DNA of 64,000 bases from the NCBI GenBank assembly GCA_002478275.1, contig DLMY01000031.1:1-64000 (forward strand), written 5' to 3'. Source of the stretch: Actinobacteria bacterium UBA7524 (GTDB lineage Bacteria > Actinomycetota > Coriobacteriia > Anaerosomatales > UBA912). Position numbers and translations under genes: made by a program. The notes beneath the pieces are model-generated. The model made no database searches and had not been told where the DNA came from. It was given only the letters and a program-made list of their open reading frames with translations. Positions 58,719 through 64,000 of this stretch are shown here, piece by piece. Numbering within the stretch: position 1 is the first letter of the stretch; each line of letters starts with the position of its first letter.

Positions 58719-59474
58719 CTACTTCGGAAGAACCACGACCTGCCTGAACGGCTCCTGACCTTCGCTCGCGGTCGTGACTCTCGTGTCAGTCCTGAGTATC
58801 ATGTGTACGACCTTGCGTTCGTACGCGCTCATGGGACGAAGCTTGACCGGCTGTGCGTGTCTCGCTGCGCGGTCAGCCGCCCGTCCAGCGATTTCCTCAA
58901 GTTTGGTCCTCCGGCGATTCCGATAGCCCTCGATATCGACAAGCACGGGGTAGCGAAATCCAAGACGTCGATTCGTGATCGCCCCGGTCAGCGTCTGAAT
59001 CGCGTCCAGGGTCTTGCCGTGACGGCCGATAAGAACGCCCAGGTCCTCACCCACAACATCCAGGATGATCTCCCCGTCGTCTCCCTCGTACTCCTCGATT
59101 GAAGCTTCTATGCCAAAACCAGCAAGTACGCTCTGCACGGCGTTCAGCGCCTCGTCGGCGACGCGATCCAGATCCTCGTCACTAAGCTGCCCGACCACGT
59201 CCGCATAACCCGAGTCCATCGGTGCCGAGTATGGCTCGTCAGTGTCAAGAATCTCTGATACCACCTGTTTGGCCTCGGCTAGCTCGGCGACAAACTCCGC
59301 CTTCAGCCAGACTCTCACCTTCACCGGACGCTCGCTGCCAATCCCAAGGAAGCGTTTCTGGCCCTCCTCGAGAACCTCGTAGTCGACAGCGTCCTGCTGC
59401 ACGCCAAGTTCCTCCAAGGCGGCGTCAAGGGCCTCCGGAACCGATGCGCCCTCGGTGACAGTCTCTTGCTTCAT
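58719..59474 (-). CDS. jag: Jag/EloR (KhpB) RNA-binding protein
   Basis: Jag_N, KH LIGRHGKTL, R3H ERKVVH. Confidence 0.93.
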   Translation of the reverse strand: MKQETVTEGASVPEALDAALEELGVQQDAVDYEVLEEGQKRFLGIGSERPVKVRVWLKAEFVAELAEAKQVVSEILDTDEPYSAPMDSGYADVVGQLSDEDLDRVADEALNAVQSVLAGFGIEASIEEYEGDDGEIILDVVGEDLGVLIGRHGKTLDAIQTLTGAITNRRLGFRYPVLVDIEGYRNRRRTKLEEIAGRAADRAARHAQPVKLRPMSAYERKVVHMILRTDTRVTTASEGQEPFRQVVVLPK

Positions 59475-59475
59475 G

Positions 59476-60189
59476 TCAGGCTCCTTCGCTCTTTGCATAG
59501 TATTTCAGCGTCACCTGCTGCTGAACGATACCGATCACGCTGGAGGTAACCCAGTAAAGAAGAACGCCGGCAGGGCTTATCCAGCCGAAGTACAACATCA
59601 TCACCGCAAGTATCGCGCCCGTCTGCTTCTGCTGCTTCTCGCCGGGCATCAAGTACTGAGGCAACCACACGCTCAAGCCGAATAGAACCACCAAGGCCAG
59701 ATAGGGAATCGCTGACAAAGCGCCACTCGCGTCATACACGGCCTGAGGCGTGAGAGTGATATCGCTGAGTACGATCCAGAACCGCTTGGCCGCTTCCTCG
59801 GCCGCGGGGCCCAATGATTCAATATGCCGGAGAAGATTGCCCGGCCGCTCGGGCGTGCCTCCAAGAACCTGGAACAGTGCCAAGAACACAGGCATCTGAA
59901 GAAGGATCGGGAGGCAGCCTCCGAAGGGATTCACCTTGTGCTCCTGATAGAACTTCAGAGTCTCCTCCTGCAACTTCTCCTTGTCATCTTTGTACTTCTT
60001 CTGAAGCTCCTTGATCTTCGGCTGGATCCTTTGCAGTTCGTACATCGAGCGAGTCTGCTTGATAGTCAGGGGAGCAAGAGCGAGCCTCAATGCCACCGTC
60101 AGAAGTACAATGGCCCAACCGTAATCCCCCGTGACAGAGAACAGGTACTGTAGACCGCCGAAGATCAGATCCTTGAATGCCTGCCACAC
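59476..60189 (-). CDS. yidC: Membrane protein insertase
   Basis: WAIVLLT, NPFGGCLPILLQMP, LYW. Confidence 0.95.
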   Translation of the reverse strand: MWQAFKDLIFGGLQYLFSVTGDYGWAIVLLTVALRLALAPLTIKQTRSMYELQRIQPKIKELQKKYKDDKEKLQEETLKFYQEHKVNPFGGCLPILLQMPVFLALFQVLGGTPERPGNLLRHIESLGPAAEEAAKRFWIVLSDITLTPQAVYDASGALSAIPYLALVVLFGLSVWLPQYLMPGEKQQKQTGAILAVMMLYFGWISPAGVLLYWVTSSVIGIVQQQVTLKYYAKSEGA

Positions 60190-60250
60190 GTCTTATGTAA
60201 CCTCCTAGGTCACGTCAGCCCAATTTCCAGAATCAGGAAACATAGCCGCT

Positions 60251-60472
60251 TTATGGAACGGGGTCCGGGCCTCCTGGATTCCAGGGATGGCACCTGGCTA
60301 GCCTCTTCATCGCAAGCCAACCCCCTCTGATCACACCATAACGCTCAACTGATGTTATCGCATACGAGGAACAGGTGGGGGAGAAGCGGCAAACTGCTGG
60401 GAACAGCGGGGATACCAGTATCTGGTAACCTCGAATGATGGCGGAGACGGCTCTTCTGGGAATGCCTCTCAC
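60251..60472 (-). CDS. yidD: Membrane protein insertion efficiency factor
   Basis: [21 protein letters not shown]. Confidence 0.95.
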   Translation of the reverse strand: MRGIPRRAVSAIIRGYQILVSPLFPAVCRFSPTCSSYAITSVERYGVIRGGWLAMKRLARCHPWNPGGPDPVP

Positions 60473-60804
60473 TTTGGAACCTCAAGGTCCCTGAGCAGTC
60501 GCCCGATCTCTCGCTGCGCCTCTCCCAGCTCTGACCTGAGAAGCGCCTTCCGCGCGACTATGAGCACGTCATATCCAGGCCATGGTCCGCCGAGAGCCCG
60601 AACCATCTCTCGGAGCAGGCGCCGAATCCTATTCCGTAAGACAGCGTTTCCGAGAAGGCGACCGGCGATGACCGCGACGCGCCCCTGGTTCTTTCCTGGC
60701 TCAGAAGTAGGATTGACGAAGACGACCGCGTGGCTATTAGCCCGCCGGTCTCCCGTACGGAACAGAGTGTCGATGTCGCGAGCGGATCGTATTGTCCTGA
60801 ACAC
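60469..60804 (-). CDS. rnpA: RNase P protein component
   Basis: [15 protein letters not shown]. Confidence 0.93.
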   Translation of the reverse strand: MFRTIRSARDIDTLFRTGDRRANSHAVVFVNPTSEPGKNQGRVAVIAGRLLGNAVLRNRIRRLLREMVRALGGPWPGYDVLIVARKALLRSELGEAQREIGRLLRDLEVPK

Positions 60805-60845
60805 CGGATCCTCCAGGTGCAGGACGCCGGACGGTGCCTAAGCTC

Positions 60846-60980
60846 CTAAGCGCTCAGTACCCTACGTCCCTTGCGGCGACGTGCTGCCAGGATCGCTCGG
60901 CCCGCCTTCGACGACATGCGGTGACGGAAGCCGTGCTTCTTGGCACGCTTCCGAGTGTTAGGCTGGTAAGTACGCTTCAC
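60846..60980 (-). CDS. rpmH: 50S ribosomal protein L34
   Basis: KRTYQPN..HGFR.RM..RRRKGR. Confidence 0.97.
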   Translation of the reverse strand: MKRTYQPNTRKRAKKHGFRHRMSSKAGRAILAARRRKGRRVLSA

Positions 60981-61026
60981 AGTGTTTCCTCCATTCGGCC
61001 CGGCTGGCCGGGCGCAAAGCCCGACG

Positions 61027-61055
61027 ATTGTATCCACCTCCCACCCGCATGTCAA
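61027..61055 (-). promoter_or_regulatory. sigmaA promoter of rpmH
   Basis: TTGACA-N17-TACAAT. Confidence 0.8.
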
Positions 61056-61195
61056 CGGTAGCCCGGGGGGACAGGGCTCGCGAAACCTCGACTGCGGGGC
61101 CAAGGGTGCCCGATCGTCCCCCTCTGTCCGCCCTGACTTCGGGCTGTCCGTCTACAACCTCTCTGCCAAATGGCTCTCGCAAATACTCCAGAATC

Positions 61196-61729
61196 TGTGG
61201 ACAATGTGGAAAACCCAGGACTTACGCTTGTTGAACCTGTGGATAACCCGGGTCCCGTCGTTGTTGCCCCCACAGCCCTCTGCTACAATCCCCACCACTT
61301 GACACTATGAAGTACTCGATTGTGTGGACGTTGAAAACCGCTGTTCGATATGGGTATTTGTGCTTGATGCTTCGCATGACGCCTTCGAGGTCCGTCGCGT
61401 TTCCACACCCTGAACCCACTTTGGCGACTGATGGACGATCCTTTCCACAGGACCCCATCTTCTCATAGCCAGAAAAAGGTGGGGAATGCACCTGGAAACG
61501 GCGACGGACCGGTCTTACTGGGTGGTTTTCAGGCCTGTATGGGAGGTTGAAGGTGAGTTTTCCACACATGTGGAAAGCTTTGTGGATAAAGATGAAAAGG
61601 CCACGTCCTGCGCGTTCAGCCACGGTCGACCCTTTTGAGATGATGCAGGTAGATACGGCTCTTTACAGGTACTTAAGGAATCGTCGGTACAGCGGTCTGT
61701 GTTGATAAGCATGTGGACGTTGTGGATGC
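61196..61729. other. DnaA-box cluster (oriC upstream part / dnaA control region)
   Basis: TGTGGACAA 61196, TGTGGAAAA 61205, TGTGGATAA 61238 and 61581, TTTTCCACA 61558, TGTGGAAAG 61569, TGTTGATAA 61700, and weaker boxes at 61323, 61399, 61441, 61712, 61721. Confidence 0.88.
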
Positions 61730-61747
61730 TCGTGAAAGGCCCAGGGG

Positions 61748-62608
61748 TTGAGCTTGTTTCCAGCACATACGAACCAGGGTGTGGTTTCGCCTCACCTTTC
61801 CATAGCGGACCCGCCTGCAGAACCTACACCTGCGGACGGAATCACCGTGCGCCTCGCGGTCTATGACTCTGGCGTTGCCGCCCCGCGGATTCAGGACGTC
61901 CGAACCTCGACTCCCGATGAGATGATTGAAAGCTTGAGCTCGCTGGTGTACGACGTGGCCCGCTCTCAGGGAGGCGATCTTCCTTATACCGTTGTGCGCG
62001 AGATCGTGGAGAACCTGATCCACGCGGACTTCAACGAGACCGTGGTGTCCGTGCTCGACAATGGGAGCATCGTGCGTTTCGCCGACCAAGGCCCCGGAAT
62101 CCCTCACAAGGACCGGGCTCTGATGCCGGGCTTCACAACAGCGAGCCACGCCATGAAGCAGCTCATCCGGGGAGTTGGCTCGGGGCTTCCCTTGGTCAAG
62201 GAGTACCTTGAGCACCAGGGTGGGAGTCTGTCGATCGAAGACAACCTGTGCTCAGGAACCGTTGTCACTGTCACTTCCCGGCAAACGGTTCCGCAGGGTT
62301 CACCCGATCGTGTCGTGCCCGGGACCCACGGCGTCGGGGTTGAAGGCGAGCTCTCACTGTCCGATCGTCTCTTGGAGGTTCCTGCACTTCCTCGAATGTC
62401 TACCAGACACAAGAAGGTTCTCTCACTTCTCTTAGAACTCGGCGAGGTCGGACCCACCCTCGTCTCGAAAGAGTTGTCCGTCGGTCTTTCGACCGCATAT
62501 CGGGACCTGTCGTTTCTTGAGACCCACGGACTGATTGAGTCAGACGCTGCCGGCAAGCGCGTGCTCACAGATCTTGGATCGACCTGCCTTGACAGTCTGT
62601 TCGCGTAG
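61748..62608 (+). CDS. GHKL (HATPase_c) ATPase fused to a C-terminal winged HTH; start uncertain
   Basis: [49 protein letters not shown]. Confidence 0.8.
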   Translation: MSLFPAHTNQGVVSPHLSIADPPAEPTPADGITVRLAVYDSGVAAPRIQDVRTSTPDEMIESLSSLVYDVARSQGGDLPYTVVREIVENLIHADFNETVVSVLDNGSIVRFADQGPGIPHKDRALMPGFTTASHAMKQLIRGVGSGLPLVKEYLEHQGGSLSIEDNLCSGTVVTVTSRQTVPQGSPDRVVPGTHGVGVEGELSLSDRLLEVPALPRMSTRHKKVLSLLLELGEVGPTLVSKELSVGLSTAYRDLSFLETHGLIESDAAGKRVLTDLGSTCLDSLFA

Positions 62609-62618
62609 GAATGGGAGC

Positions 62619-64000
62619 ATGGTGAAAACTGGAGCAACAACCGCGGCGGAAGATCTCGGTCGTGTTTGGTCAGACGTCCTGGAGGTCGTCAAGTCTGAAC
62701 TGAACACCCCTACGTTCAAGACCTGGTTCGAACACACGACGCCTCAGGATATCGACGGCGATCGTCTTGTTGTCGCGGTTCAGAACGACTTCGCCCGCGA
62801 CTGGCTTGAATCAAGGTATTCGGGACTACTTAAGAGCGCTCTCGAACAGGTCACTGGGGTCCCGTTGGGTCTCGAGTTCACGGTTCCGGAGAACTACGTC
62901 GATCTCAAGCCCCCAAGTGATGAGACAGACACTCAACCGGTCCCTCCTGAGCCTCACGAATTTGAAGCGGCCCACTCAACCCACTCACCTAGGCTCTCCT
63001 TCGATCCTAAGTACTCCTTTGAGGCATTCGTCATCGGGGCGTCTAACCGTTTCGCTCATGCGGCAGCCCTCGCGGTGGCAGAAGCCCCGGGCCGCGCCTA
63101 TAACCCTCTGTTCGTATATGGCGGGGTAGGTCTGGGTAAGACCCACCTCCTGCATGCAATCGGGCGCTACGTCCAGATGAGCTTCCCTCACATGAAGGTG
63201 AAGTACGTTACCTCTGAGCAGTTCACCAATGACTTCATCAAGTCGATCAGCGACAAGAGGCGCATCGACGGTTTCCGGCATCAATACAGGACCAACGATG
63301 TTCTGCTGATCGACGACATCCAGTTCCTCAAGGGTAAGGAAGGGACCCAGGAGGAGTTCTTCCACACGTTCAACACCCTTCAGCAGGCGGGCAAGCAAGT
63401 GGTCCTGTCATCCGATCGGCCTCCGAAGGATATCGCCACACTGGAAGAGCGACTCCGGAGCCGCTTCGAGATGGGCCTTATCACCGATATCCAGCCCCCT
63501 GACCTTGAGACCAGGATCGCAATCTTGAAGAGGAAGGTGGAGGTTGAGAATCTTGATGTCCCGTATGAGGTTCTCTCATATGTAGCAGACAGGGTCTCCT
63601 CGAACATTCGAGAGCTTGAAGGGGCCCTCATTAGGGTCGTCGCGTACAGTTCTTTGACTCGACATCCCGTCAGTATCGATATAGCCCGGAGTGTATTGAA
63701 AGACATCTTCCCTGAGCGTTCTATCAGACCTATATCGGTCTCCACTATCCAAAGAGAGGTCTGTAAGTTCTACTCGATAAGCCATCCCGAACTCGTCGGA
63801 GGTAAGCGCTCCCAGAACATCGTCTATCCTCGGCAAGTGGCGATGTATCTTTCTCGGGAGTTGACCGATCTCTCGCTTCCTCGAATAGGTAGTGAATTCG
63901 GGGGACGGGATCACACGACTGTGATGCACGCAACCGCGAAGATCACGAAACTCATGAATGAAGAGAGAGAGGTTTACAACCAGATCCAGAACCTAACCAA
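62619..64000 (+). CDS. dnaA: Chromosomal replication initiator (3' end outside window)
   Basis: [52 protein letters not shown]. Confidence 0.98.
   Translation, partial: MVKTGATTAAEDLGRVWSDVLEVVKSELNTPTFKTWFEHTTPQDIDGDRLVVAVQNDFARDWLESRYSGLLKSALEQVTGVPLGLEFTVPENYVDLKPPSDETDTQPVPPEPHEFEAAHSTHSPRLSFDPKYSFEAFVIGASNRFAHAAALAVAEAPGRAYNPLFVYGGVGLGKTHLLHAIGRYVQMSFPHMKVKYVTSEQFTNDFIKSISDKRRIDGFRHQYRTNDVLLIDDIQFLKGKEGTQEEFFHTFNTLQQAGKQVVLSSDRPPKDIATLEERLRSRFEMGLITDIQPPDLETRIAILKRKVEVENLDVPYEVLSYVADRVSSNIRELEGALIRVVAYSSLTRHPVSIDIARSVLKDIFPERSIRPISVSTIQREVCKFYSISHPELVGGKRSQNIVYPRQVAMYLSRELTDLSLPRIGSEFGGRDHTTVMHATAKITKLMNEEREVYNQIQNLT

Overview
High-GC, anaerobe-type actinobacterial chromosome segment (Coriobacteriia-like; taxonomy inferred from gene content), running up to the replication origin region. 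It is a scaffolded assembly with six N-gaps. Core content: rpsF-ssb-rpsR-DUF2232-rplI-dnaB, tRNA-Gly(CCC), trkA pair, feoAB, ddl, htrA, rlmN, addAB-like helicase-nuclease, parAB with three parS sites, rsmG, jag-yidC-yidD-rnpA-rpmH, a DnaA-box cluster and partial dnaA. No mobile element or CRISPR array was seen. The most notable unannotated signals are: (1) a ~100-nt two-hairpin RNA candidate with C-rich loops (6C/cuckoo-like) behind a sigma54-type promoter, just upstream of pafBC; (2) PafBC-type promoters (TGTCRN-N10-YAnnnT) in front of dnaB, dinG and addBA; (3) a perfect LexA box in front of a membrane-anchored M23 peptidase; (4) a split CcmF/CcsA-like heme lyase with a deviant WWD motif, plus two c-type cytochromes carrying contracted CXCH motifs; (5) a Crp/Fnr (HcpR-like) module with its palindromic box; (6) a GHKL-ATPase/wHTH gene between the DnaA-box cluster and dnaA.
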